Source: Alphaproteobacteria bacterium
GTDB lineage: Bacteria > Pseudomonadota > Alphaproteobacteria > RF32 > CAG-239
Reading direction: 5' to 3'
DNA length: 64,000 bases
NCBI GenBank assembly: GCA_017480745.1
Contig: JAFUSA010000008.1
Location: 86,090 to 150,089 of the forward strand
Position 1 is the stretch's first letter; each line of letters starts with the position of its first letter. Below the pieces are notes generated by a model. It saw only the letters and a list, made by a program, of their open reading frames with translations. It searched no databases and had not been told where the DNA came from. Shown here piece after piece: positions 38,965-48,360 of this stretch. Both the position numbers and the translations under genes were made by a program.

Positions 38965-39837
38965 TTACTTCTTCATATTACGATTAAAATATTTGAAAAA
39001 ATCGGAATCCGGCGACAATACCAAAGATGTTTCTTTATCTGCCAACGATTTACGATATGCGTCTAATGAGCGATAAAACTCATAAAACTCTATATCTTGC
39101 CCAACTGTTTTATTCCACAACTCAACTGCTGTTTTATCTCCCTCACCACGGGTTATTTGTGCGTTTTTCTCCGCTTCGGCCACAATAATCGTCGCTTCTT
39201 TATCAGCGGTTGCTCGAATATTTTGAGCCTGTTGCTGTCCTTTGGCACGAAATTCCTTTGCATCGCGCTGACGTTCAGTTTTCATGCGGTCATTAATGGC
39301 TTGCATAACCTCAATCGGCAAATCGGCTCGGCGGATTCGCACATCGGCAACACTAACTCCGATAGCTTCGGCATCTTTTTTTACGGTAGCGCTGATATCA
39401 TTCATAATTTGTGTGCGTTGTTCCGATAAAAGCTCAGTTAAAGTAACACGACCCAAAACTTTACGCAGAGAAGAGTTAACAATTTCAGCCAACTTGCTTT
39501 GAGCCTGCTCTTCATTACGCACTGTTTTATAAAATTTGAGCGGATCAACAATTTTATACCGCGTAAAACTATCCACATCCAAGCGTTTTTTATCATTCAG
39601 CACAACTTCTTGCGCCGGCGGATCCAAATTCAACAACCGCATATCATAAAAAGTAACATCTTGCACAAAAGGCACCTTAAAATTAAGTCCAGGTTCGCGC
39701 ACTTCACGAATCGGTTGTCCAAACTGAAAAACTATTGCTTGTTCAGCCTGATTAACAATATAAGCCGAACTGAGCAAGACAATCAGCAGTGCTCCGCCGA
39801 CAACGGCAAAAATATGCATAAATCCTATTTTATTCAT
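38965..39837 (-). CDS. hflC: Protease modulator HflC
   Basis: SPFH/band 7 domain with an N-terminal TM helix, directly downstream of hflK. Confidence 0.88.
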   Translation of the reverse strand: MNKIGFMHIFAVVGGALLIVLLSSAYIVNQAEQAIVFQFGQPIREVREPGLNFKVPFVQDVTFYDMRLLNLDPPAQEVVLNDKKRLDVDSFTRYKIVDPLKFYKTVRNEEQAQSKLAEIVNSSLRKVLGRVTLTELLSEQRTQIMNDISATVKKDAEAIGVSVADVRIRRADLPIEVMQAINDRMKTERQRDAKEFRAKGQQQAQNIRATADKEATIIVAEAEKNAQITRGEGDKTAVELWNKTVGQDIEFYEFYRSLDAYRKSLADKETSLVLSPDSDFFKYFNRNMKK

Positions 39838-39841
39838 TTCC

Positions 39842-40882
39842 TTACTCCTTTTTGCCTTGCGTATTCAATGGTAAAACCGGCAGTACATTACTGTTTTTGG
39901 CCGGATCAATAATTACCTTATTTGCTTTGGCTAAAACATTTTCCAACGTATCTAAATACATTTTTTTGATGGTAACTTCCTGCCCGTTTTTATAAGCGGC
40001 ATAAACCGAAGCAAAACGTTTTGCCTCACCTTCTGCTTTGTTAATGGTTGCGGCTTTATAAGCTTCGGCATCTTGCGTTATTTGTGCGGCATGACCACGT
40101 GCTTTTGGCAAAACCTCATTGCGATAGGCTTCGGCTTCATTTTTGAAACGTTCCATATCGGCTTTGGCACGTTGCACCTCATTAAAGGCGTCTACAACTT
40201 CGCGTGGAGGATCAGCTTTTTGCAACTTCACACGCACAATTTCAATTCCGGCATTAAACTCATCCAAAACCCTTTGCAACTCAGCTTTGGTTTCATCTTC
40301 CACTTTGCCGCGATCTCCCGTAATAATCGGCTGCATTTCAGATTGTCCGACAATTTCGCGTAACACAGATTGCGCGGCAACACTAACAGTTTCCGCCGGA
40401 GAACGCATACTAAACAAAAAGTCCTTAGCATCTTTAATTTTCCATACCACGGTTAAGTTAATATCCACGATATTTTCATCACCGGTCAGCATATGACTTT
40501 CCGTAAACGCATTATTACGGTAATCACGATTATCTCCCGAACCTAAGTTGATACTGCGCTCCTGAGTTACCACCACTTTAACAACTTTTTCAATTGGTGC
40601 CGGCAAGTGATAATGCAAACCTGCATCAGTGGTATATACATATTTACCAAAGCGCATAACCACTCCTTGTTCACTTGGTTGCACCTGATAAAAGCCACTG
40701 CATACCCACAATATCAAAAACAAAATGATTCCATATTTTATATACGAACCATAATTATCATCCGGTGTTTTGCCGGAAATTTGTTTCAAACGGCGAGCGA
40801 TACGCTTACCGGCAGATGAATTAGTCAATTCTTCCAAATTGATAATGTCATCACCATCCCACGGATTATTATTTTTTACCAT
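39842..40882 (-). CDS. hflK: Protease modulator HflK
   Basis: SPFH domain. hflK-hflC-degP-like gene order. Confidence 0.88.
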   Translation of the reverse strand: MVKNNNPWDGDDIINLEELTNSSAGKRIARRLKQISGKTPDDNYGSYIKYGIILFLILWVCSGFYQVQPSEQGVVMRFGKYVYTTDAGLHYHLPAPIEKVVKVVVTQERSINLGSGDNRDYRNNAFTESHMLTGDENIVDINLTVVWKIKDAKDFLFSMRSPAETVSVAAQSVLREIVGQSEMQPIITGDRGKVEDETKAELQRVLDEFNAGIEIVRVKLQKADPPREVVDAFNEVQRAKADMERFKNEAEAYRNEVLPKARGHAAQITQDAEAYKAATINKAEGEAKRFASVYAAYKNGQEVTIKKMYLDTLENVLAKANKVIIDPAKNSNVLPVLPLNTQGKKE

Positions 40883-40982
40883 ATTGCACCTTAATTTTAT
40901 ATAATTTCACTTGCAATAAGATAATCTATATATTAAATAAAAACAATTAACTATGAGAGAATATCCACATCGGAGTAAACTT

Positions 40983-41981
40983 ATGACGGAAAACGAAATT
41001 TTGGAATTAGCGGCAAAATACTACCCGCAAGCAAATATAAAAAGTGCAAAAAAATTGGGCAATCGCGTGATTATTGAAATACATAATTTAGCGGAAAATC
41101 AAAGCATTACAGCAAAATTAAAACAAGAACTAAGCGCTTTGTTGCCACAAAGCAAAATTTCCGTTTTGTTTGTAGAAGAAAAACAGGTTAATATCGGAGT
41201 GCAGGAAATAGCAAAATGGCAAATAAGCGGAGTTAAAAAAATAATCGGAGTGGCTTCGGGCAAAGGTGGAGTCGGTAAGTCTACCACGGCGGTTAATTTG
41301 GCGCTGGCGCTTGCAAATTGCGGCAAAAAAGTGGCACTTGTTGATGCTGATATTTACGGGCCATCGATACCTACCATGCTTGGTTATGAAGGGCAACCGC
41401 TAAGTTCGGAAGATGGTGTTAATTTTGTGCCGTTTAGAGAATATGGTATTCAATCCGTTTCCATCGGTTCGCTGATTGACCGCAACACACCGCTGATTTG
41501 GCGCGGAGCCAAAGCTTGCGGGGCCATTGAACAGTTATTAACGCAAACAGCATGGAATAATGTGGATATTATGGTAATAGATATGCCTCCGGGAACGGGC
41601 GATATTTTAATTACACTCTCCCAGCGAGTTGATTTTGCCGGCATTGTAATTGTTTCCACTCCGCAAGATATTGCGCTGATTGATGCCATTAAGGGAGTAA
41701 ATATGTTCAAAAAAACCGGCACTCCCGTTTTGGGTATCGTTGAAAATATGAGCTATTTTATCTGCCCGCATTGCGGTAAACAAAGCGATATTTTCGGACA
41801 CGAAGGAGCTAAACAGACGGCTGAAAAAATGGGAGAAACATTTTTGGGAGCGATTCCACTGACTATGGATATTCGCCAAAATTCCGACAACGGCACACCG
41901 ATAGTGGCGGCCGCACCGGATAGCCCACATACCAAAGCTTACGAAGAAATCGCCCGCAAAATTGTGGCAAGGATAGGGTAA
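40983..41981 (+). CDS. apbC: Fe-S cluster carrier ATPase (Mrp/ApbC/NBP35 family)
   Basis: ASGKGGVGKST deviant Walker A and the CPHCG motif. Start trimmed to 40983 (RBS ggag). Confidence 0.85.
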   Translation: MTENEILELAAKYYPQANIKSAKKLGNRVIIEIHNLAENQSITAKLKQELSALLPQSKISVLFVEEKQVNIGVQEIAKWQISGVKKIIGVASGKGGVGKSTTAVNLALALANCGKKVALVDADIYGPSIPTMLGYEGQPLSSEDGVNFVPFREYGIQSVSIGSLIDRNTPLIWRGAKACGAIEQLLTQTAWNNVDIMVIDMPPGTGDILITLSQRVDFAGIVIVSTPQDIALIDAIKGVNMFKKTGTPVLGIVENMSYFICPHCGKQSDIFGHEGAKQTAEKMGETFLGAIPLTMDIRQNSDNGTPIVAAAPDSPHTKAYEEIARKIVARIG

Positions 41982-42050
41982 ATTGCTAAAATAACACAAA
42001 AATTTTTCTTGTTTTGTTTGTTATATTTTTGCGGATTTTGCAAAAAGTGG

Positions 42051-42257
42051 TTGACTTTTGAGCTTTTTATGATATAGTAAAAGCAAGATGAGGTAACTTG
42101 TCTGAGGTGTCAGAACCTCTTGCAATTCGTCTTAAAGACGTAAAAATTTCCGGCTTTGTGGCCGGAAGGTCGTGGAATAAAACTATAGGTTGAATATGCG
42201 GCACTATTAATTGCAGTAGTTCTGAACTTCCGGCCGCCCTTATCGGGTGGTTGTTTT
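42051..42257 (+). promoter_or_regulatory. Class A structured leader of pilin paralog 8 (reference copy)
   Basis: TTGACT 42051-42056, 16-nt spacer, TGaTATAGT (-10 at 42073-42078). Segment 1 ttccggc 42148-42154, segment 2 gccggaagg 42161-42169, segment 3 cttccggcc 42227-42235. Terminator cggccgccc/gggtggttg + tttt to 42257. Confidence 0.78.
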
Positions 42258-42292
42258 AGTGTAATATCAACAAAAATGAAAGGAAGTTTACT

Positions 42293-42970
42293 ATGAAAAA
42301 CTTAGAAATAAAAAATCAAAACGGTCGTTCAATGATAGAGATGTTAGGTGTTCTTGCCATCATCGGTGTTTTGAGTGTCGGTGGAATCGCCGGATATTCC
42401 AAAGCTATGCAAAAATATAGAATTAACAAAACCATTGAGCAAATAACACTTATTACCGGAAACGTTCGCTCATTTTTTGCCAGTCAAGGAAATTATAGGG
42501 GATTAAGTTCAACTAATACAGGAAAAGCGATTATCAAAAAAGCTAAACTTGTACCTGATGAAATGTTAGAGCTCAATGCCGATGGTACCATAAAGCAAAT
42601 TAACAACTCTTTCGGCGGAACGGTTTTGATTGAAGCTGCTAATAAATCAAGTTCAGCTAATGGAAGTGAGCCTATATACATTTATGGTGATGAAAAAGCT
42701 TTTGCTTTATCTTTCAGCGATATTCCGCAGGAGGCCTGTATTGAATTGGTAACACAAGATTGGAGCGAGGCCAACATCGGAGCCCTCCAAAAAGGAGGTT
42801 TTATTCCTACTAAGAATAATGTAATTTTTACACCGGCAAGCATCGATATCGCCACGAATATGTGTGGTTCTACAAATGAAATATCTTTTTTTGCTGATGT
42901 TGATACTAATTCCACTTATTGGAAAGGTCTTTTGGGTGATGAAAAGTTGGTGGGTACTATCGGTAATTAG
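42293..42970 (+). CDS. Prepilin-like protein, paralog 8
   Basis: MKNLEIKNQNG|RSMIEMLGVLAIIGVLSVGGIAGYSKAMQKYRINKTIEQITLITGNVRSFF...EACIELVTQDW...NMCG. Confidence 0.8.
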   Translation: MKNLEIKNQNGRSMIEMLGVLAIIGVLSVGGIAGYSKAMQKYRINKTIEQITLITGNVRSFFASQGNYRGLSSTNTGKAIIKKAKLVPDEMLELNADGTIKQINNSFGGTVLIEAANKSSSANGSEPIYIYGDEKAFALSFSDIPQEACIELVTQDWSEANIGALQKGGFIPTKNNVIFTPASIDIATNMCGSTNEISFFADVDTNSTYWKGLLGDEKLVGTIGN

Positions 42971-43055
42971 GAGTAAAAACATAATCAAATCGACACGAAA
43001 ATAACTCACTTCCGAGTAGTATTGCGAGTTAGTGTCGTTAAAAAATTATACTGCT

Positions 43056-43349
43056 TTATCCCACAATTGTGGCTTCATAAGCATAAACAATCTCGGTTTC
43101 ATCCGGATTATCGGTCGGTGCAATTTCGCACACCAAAAGTTTTTCTTTATCGTGCAAATTATTGAAAATTTCCGCGCCCACTTCTTGCAAAGTCAACGCA
43201 TCTGCGCCGTTGCGATAAAGCTCCACAACCTGCTCCTTGGCAATTAAACGCACAGCAGGTCCCACCGGTTCAGTTTCGCGCGCATAAATAACCAGCATAA
43301 CCTCATTGTCTTCGCTAATCATAAAATCAAAGGTATTCATATCAGCCAT
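43056..43349 (-). CDS. Hypothetical small acidic protein (97 aa)
   Basis: Clean ORF with no domain recognised. Confidence 0.5.
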   Translation of the reverse strand: MADMNTFDFMISEDNEVMLVIYARETEPVGPAVRLIAKEQVVELYRNGADALTLQEVGAEIFNNLHDKEKLLVCEIAPTDNPDETEIVYAYEATIVG

Positions 43350-43427
43350 GGTTAATCATCCTTTTTTATTCGTCTTAAACGAATTTTAGGATATTTAGGT
43401 TAATATTTGTATAACAAAGGAACAAAA

Positions 43428-44105
43428 ATGAATAAATATTTTGATTTTTTTCTTAATCTTTTTCGCTGGCCGGTCGCTATTTTTTTGTTGTTTTCCATTC
43501 CGGCTTTGATTGATTCCTTTAACTACTTTGATTTCAAAACAGAGCGATTTTATGCTTTTGCCGGTGGAGCTATTTTATATTTTGCCATGATGATTATCGT
43601 CGGTTCAAATGTATATCGCACTATGCAAATCATTTCTCATGAATTAACACATACTGTTTTTGCGTTGCTTACTTTTCATGATGCCGGAAAAATACGTATA
43701 AATCCGGACGGCAGTGGTGGATCTATGCAAGTTAAAGGCGGAGGTAACTGGCTTATAACTCTTTCGCCTTACTTTTTTCCGTTGTTTGCTTTTTTGTATA
43801 TGCTTATAATGCCGGGACTGTTGCAAATAGGTCAAAATCATTGGCTTGTGCACCTTTTTTACGGGTATCTGATCGCTTATTATTGGGCAACGATAATTGA
43901 TCAGGTTCACCCTAAACAAACAGATATTATTCGTGAAGGATATCTGTTTTCAACCATAATCATAGTCGGAAGCAATTTATATATCAGTGGTTTAGCGCTT
44001 GCCTTCAACAGCCAACAATGGGACGGCATAGTAAAATATCTGCGTATGGTGCATAAGTTTAATCTGCAATATTGGCCAAAAATCATGGCTTTTATCGGCG
44101 TATAA
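43428..44105 (+). CDS. Integral membrane HExxH metalloprotease-like protein
   Basis: IISHELTHTVF motif within a multi-TM protein. Start trimmed to 43428. Confidence 0.55.
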   Translation: MNKYFDFFLNLFRWPVAIFLLFSIPALIDSFNYFDFKTERFYAFAGGAILYFAMMIIVGSNVYRTMQIISHELTHTVFALLTFHDAGKIRINPDGSGGSMQVKGGGNWLITLSPYFFPLFAFLYMLIMPGLLQIGQNHWLVHLFYGYLIAYYWATIIDQVHPKQTDIIREGYLFSTIIIVGSNLYISGLALAFNSQQWDGIVKYLRMVHKFNLQYWPKIMAFIGV

Positions 44106-44982
44106 TTTCCAAAGTTGCCGTATCGGCACACAAACAAACATCAGCTCCTAAGGGCAAAACATAGCGCGACTTGGTGTGCCCGAAGTTAAAATTATTAACC
44201 GTCGGCAAATCAACGCCTTGCAAAAAGTCATTGATACAGTCTTTCACGGTTCCGTCTTCCGTATCTCCGGTGCAATCGGTAAATTGTCCGAAAATAATTC
44301 CTTTAAGATTCTTAAAATCAGGCTGTTGTTTTAATTGCTGCAACATTAAGTCTATTTTGTGTATGCGCTCGTGCACATCTTCAATCAACAAAATTTTTCC
44401 ACTCAAATCGGGAAAATATTCCGTTCCAGCCAACCTTAACAACACACTCAAATTACTAACTATAAGCTGTCCCTCGGCTGTTCCTCCATGAATTGTATCG
44501 CCGGAATGTATTGTCATTTTTTCTTCTTTAAGATTTTTTTGCAAAGTTTCAGAAATTAAGGGATCCAATACACCATCTCTAAAATCATAGGTCAAATTAA
44601 AGCCGTTAATGGAGTGAATACCGCTTTTTTGATAAAGCGCCAACTGCACAGCAACGTTATCACAAAAACCAATTACCGGTTTGGGATTTTTTTGCGCAGT
44701 TTCATAGTCAATATAAGGCAAAATACGGCTTCCACCAGCCGCCGCACGCACACAAAATAAAGCTTTTATTTGCGGATCGCAAAATGCAATGTTTATATCT
44801 TCCGCTCTTTGTTCGTCAGTTCCGGCCATATAACGATTAACCGCAAAAATATGTTTTCCCAACACCGGTTGAAAACCGAGTTGGCGCAAGTAATTTAAGC
44901 CTTGCTCTATTTTGCTGATTTCACCTATTTGCCCACAAGGAGCCACAATCGCAACTTTATCTCCGGCAACAAGTTTATTCAT
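44092..44982 (-). CDS. LD-carboxypeptidase (peptidase S66, LdcA-like)
   Basis: GDKVAIVAPCG N-terminus, IGFCDN at the nucleophile-elbow position, LIEDVHE, and FGHT near the C-terminus. Confidence 0.7.
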   Translation of the reverse strand: MNKLVAGDKVAIVAPCGQIGEISKIEQGLNYLRQLGFQPVLGKHIFAVNRYMAGTDEQRAEDINIAFCDPQIKALFCVRAAAGGSRILPYIDYETAQKNPKPVIGFCDNVAVQLALYQKSGIHSINGFNLTYDFRDGVLDPLISETLQKNLKEEKMTIHSGDTIHGGTAEGQLIVSNLSVLLRLAGTEYFPDLSGKILLIEDVHERIHKIDLMLQQLKQQPDFKNLKGIIFGQFTDCTGDTEDGTVKDCINDFLQGVDLPTVNNFNFGHTKSRYVLPLGADVCLCADTATLEIIRR

Positions 44983-46347
44983 TTATAATTTCTCCAAAAT
45001 TTCGTAGCACAAATCAGTCAACGAATTATCGCGCGCTCCCATTATAACAATACGATCATTAGGTTTGACCAAAGACAATATCTTTTCTTTTGCCTCATCT
45101 TTATTTGCCGCAAAATAAGCTTCCTTTTTGCCGAGTGTATGCACATAATTTATAAAATCTGCCGAAGATATATCTTTGGTAACCGTTCCGCCGACAAAGA
45201 ATATTTCAGGCATAATTAAAATATCATCAGAGCCCATATTAGCGGCAAATTCTGCCATAATTTCCTTACCAAGCGAGCGCATCGGTCCGAAACCATGCGG
45301 TTGAAACATTATAATCAAACGCCCGTCATATTGCCGTAACGCACTGACTGAAGCTTTTACTTTATCGGGATTATGCGCGAAATCATCAATCACTGTTATA
45401 TTATTTTTTTGCCCAATAACTTCTAAACGACGTTTAGTACCGTGAAAATCCTGCAAAATTTCCGCCGCACGCAACTTATCCACCCCAAAAACCGAGCAAG
45501 TTGCAATTGCAGACAGTGCATTTGCCACATTAAAAGCACCAATTAAATTAAGACTGAAATGTTTACCGCAAAAATTATAACATACTCCGCCGGCAATAGG
45601 AGTTATTTGTGATGCATAAAAATCAGCTTGCGGATTTTGCAACGAAAAAGTCAACGGTCTGTTTTTATGAGTTATTGTGCGGCACAAATCATAATCATCG
45701 TTAATAATCACCCGTTCGGCCGTACGATCAGATAAATGTTGAAACAATTCCCGCAATTCACTCAACGATTTATGGTCTGCCGATATATTGTTTATTACCG
45801 CAACATAAGGATTATACAAATCTATACTGCCATTGCTTTCATCTGCTTCTGCCACACAAATATCCCCGTTATTATAGATAATATTAGGAATGGCATATTG
45901 CCCTTCATAATCGCGCAATAACCCTCCGTTTATCATACAAGGCTTGTAACCGGCCTTATCCAAAATAAATCCAATCATAGCCGTTGTGGTTGTCTTTCCG
46001 CTTGTTCCGCCCACGGCAATACCGTATTTATAACCATGAAAAGTTTTTGCCAAAAGCTCGGGCCTTGTAATTATTCGCACACCTTTTTCTTTTGCGACTT
46101 TAATATCGGCAATACTATCTTCCACCGCCGTAGAAGCACAAACAAAATCTATACTTTCATCAATTCCCGATCCGTCTTGCGGAAAAATGGAAATTCCGGC
46201 TTTTTCAAGCGCTAAACGATTTTTAGTATCACGCCCCAAATCAAAATTGCGATCAGATCCTTGCACTATATTACCGGAAAGTTTCAAAATTTGTGCCAGT
46301 GAGCTCATACCGCTACCTGATATACCGCAAAAACTTATCTTAGCCAT
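44983..46347 (-). CDS. Mur ligase family protein (MurC/Mpl-like)
   Basis: GISGSGMSSLA Rossmann N-terminus, GGTSGKTTTT, EADESNGS, NISADH. Confidence 0.75.
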   Translation of the reverse strand: MAKISFCGISGSGMSSLAQILKLSGNIVQGSDRNFDLGRDTKNRLALEKAGISIFPQDGSGIDESIDFVCASTAVEDSIADIKVAKEKGVRIITRPELLAKTFHGYKYGIAVGGTSGKTTTTAMIGFILDKAGYKPCMINGGLLRDYEGQYAIPNIIYNNGDICVAEADESNGSIDLYNPYVAVINNISADHKSLSELRELFQHLSDRTAERVIINDDYDLCRTITHKNRPLTFSLQNPQADFYASQITPIAGGVCYNFCGKHFSLNLIGAFNVANALSAIATCSVFGVDKLRAAEILQDFHGTKRRLEVIGQKNNITVIDDFAHNPDKVKASVSALRQYDGRLIIMFQPHGFGPMRSLGKEIMAEFAANMGSDDILIMPEIFFVGGTVTKDISSADFINYVHTLGKKEAYFAANKDEAKEKILSLVKPNDRIVIMGARDNSLTDLCYEILEKL

Positions 46348-46356
46348 TATCTCACC

Positions 46357-47655
46357 TTAAATATCACTGATTAACTCATTCAACAAACCCTCTTTTTCCT
46401 TTTGCAAAAGAGGTAAATTTTTGTAATCTATTGTAATATAGCTTTGTTGCTTGTCATTTGCTAACAAATCTATTACAGCTCCTATGCTTTCACTTTCAAA
46501 CGTTGCATAAAGAGTGGCTTTATTTTGCGCTAATTCCTGCAAAAAGTCATCATTACCGATAGGATTAGACTTCTCTACCACACCAACAGATTTTTCTTTA
46601 TCATCTGCTTCAAGCGCAATAACATTCGGAGAAAAAAATTCTTTGGCATTACCATATTTTTGCTCCAAAGCTTTATAATATTGATGATATAATCGTAGCC
46701 CCTCTCCGGCTTTATTATCATCATTTTGCAACGCACTTTGCGCATATATGCAGTAAAGGTGATTTTGAGAACCGAAAACTGCTAATATCCGCGCAAAAGT
46801 TTTTTTATTTTGCTTAGGATTTTTTACTTCATAGACATTTTGATATTCTTCCCGTTCGGCTTGCTCTAACTTAAAACCCAGAGCTTCCGTTTCTTCTTTG
46901 GAAGCATCCCAATATAAGCCAAACGGAGCCCCCTCAAACCTGTCGGCTAAAGCTTGTTTTTCATTATCTTCCGCTTGACTTTTTTGAGGCGAGACTATCT
47001 TCTTCGGTTCTGTCGGAAGAGATTTTATTATCGGAACTTGCACATTATTTGCCGGAATCTGATTATTTAAACCGCCCGAACTATCCTTTTTTTGCGGCGC
47101 TTCCGACAATACTTCCCGTTCAAAAATTTCCTGAGCCTTTTTTTGCTCATATTCCTTGCGTTTTCTATCCCCTTCTTCAATCATTTTTATTTGATTTTGC
47201 CGTAACGAAAGAATATTCGGTTTTTTAGAAAGAATATCGCGAGCATCTTTTTGAGCCTTATCTGCGGTTTCTAACCCCTGCAAATATTCATTCATAACAT
47301 TTTTGCGTTCATCAAATTCAATATCGTCAACATTATTTTCTTGCATAAAATCATCGAAATCATTTTCTTTTTGCCGAATATCTTCCGCTTGATCTGCTTT
47401 CGTTTCCGATTTTACAACGGTTAACGAACCGTTCAAAATAGCCGGATTTTTCTCCTCAATCGTAGCAACTGTTTCAGCAACACTATCTGCTGTTTTTTCC
47501 TTATCAGGCTCAACCGTTACTTCTTCTTTCTGTGTTTCAACAACCTGTTCATCAACCGCTTCGTCCAATCCCAAAAAATCCATTTGAGCTATCGCCGATT
47601 GCGGATTTACAACCATCAATAACCATGCCGAAAGTAAAAATAGACTGTTTCTCAT
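46357..47655 (-). CDS. Hypothetical secreted K/E-rich protein (432 aa)
   Basis: Signal peptide MRNSLFLLSAWLLMVVNPQSAIA and a charged low-complexity middle region. Confidence 0.55.
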   Translation of the reverse strand: MRNSLFLLSAWLLMVVNPQSAIAQMDFLGLDEAVDEQVVETQKEEVTVEPDKEKTADSVAETVATIEEKNPAILNGSLTVVKSETKADQAEDIRQKENDFDDFMQENNVDDIEFDERKNVMNEYLQGLETADKAQKDARDILSKKPNILSLRQNQIKMIEEGDRKRKEYEQKKAQEIFEREVLSEAPQKKDSSGGLNNQIPANNVQVPIIKSLPTEPKKIVSPQKSQAEDNEKQALADRFEGAPFGLYWDASKEETEALGFKLEQAEREEYQNVYEVKNPKQNKKTFARILAVFGSQNHLYCIYAQSALQNDDNKAGEGLRLYHQYYKALEQKYGNAKEFFSPNVIALEADDKEKSVGVVEKSNPIGNDDFLQELAQNKATLYATFESESIGAVIDLLANDKQQSYITIDYKNLPLLQKEKEGLLNELISDI

Positions 47656-47754
47656 AAATAATCCCTTGATAACCGCAAAAAAAAATTGAATAACTTTTTT
47701 CTTTGATTATAATATCGTTTAAATGCAAATATTTTATTAATTATATGGCATAAA

Positions 47755-48348
47755 ATGGAAAAAGACGAATTACAGAATTTTTTAATTAACATAGGGCGCT
47801 CTATGGTGCAGGAAAACGGCACAGATGCGCTGACAGTGCGCAAATTGTCCGAAGCTTCCAAATGCTCGGTCGGCGCCATATATAACCAGTTTTCCAATAT
47901 GGATAACTATATCGTGATCCAAAATTGCATAACTCTTGATGAGTTACACGCTGCTTTAAGCAAAGTGCAACGTTCCAACAACGTGTTCATCGATATGAAT
48001 AATTATTTGCAGACTTTTGTTGACTATGTTTTGGATAATAAAAATTTATGGTATATGCTTTATACCTTTCACTTGAAACATAATAAATATCGCTATTCAT
48101 CATTTTATTTGCGCAAAATAATAAAAATTGTGCGTATTGTTAATGAGCTGCTAAAAGATGCCACTCCGCGAGTTGAAAGACCTGAACGTCTGCTTTCGGC
48201 TCAGGTTTTATGGCTGACAATGTTTTCACTCAGCGCCTTGCTCACTAAGGATATTTTAGACTCTTTTTCCAAAATCAATCGCCGCAATTTGTGTGAAATT
48301 GTTTTGAATACTTTTGTTGCCGGTATGACTGTGCTGGAAAATAGGTAA
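47755..48348 (+). CDS. TetR-family transcriptional regulator
   Basis: N-terminal HTH: GTDALTVRKLSEASKCSVGAIYNQF. Confidence 0.8.
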   Translation: MEKDELQNFLINIGRSMVQENGTDALTVRKLSEASKCSVGAIYNQFSNMDNYIVIQNCITLDELHAALSKVQRSNNVFIDMNNYLQTFVDYVLDNKNLWYMLYTFHLKHNKYRYSSFYLRKIIKIVRIVNELLKDATPRVERPERLLSAQVLWLTMFSLSALLTKDILDSFSKINRRNLCEIVLNTFVAGMTVLENR

Positions 48349-48360
48349 TTTTTAAACAAA

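Noticed and set aside
42085-42093. Mini-ORF ATG-AGG-TAA (Met-Arg-stop) at the 5' end of most class A leaders, with ATG-AGA-TAA in the 15553 copy. It might be a leader-peptide sensor.
   Set aside because: The 51690 copy has ATA instead of ATG, there is no SD upstream, and it lies only about 7-10 nt from the predicted TSS. The conserved GAGGT is better explained as part of RNA structure or an SD mimic. Kept only as a remote possibility.
42131-42170. Possible c-di-GMP-I (GEMM) riboswitch. The stretch gacgtaaaaatttccggc..gccgg superficially recalls the ACGCAAAGC linker plus a CCGG stem of GEMM-I, and c-di-GMP riboswitches are known upstream of pilus genes.
   Set aside because: The GCAAA element 5' of the first hairpin is not conserved between copies. 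The linker is ACGTAA(A/T)(A/T)(A/T)TTTCC rather than ACGCAAAGC. No tetraloop/receptor arrangement is evident. Needs cmscan to be formally excluded.
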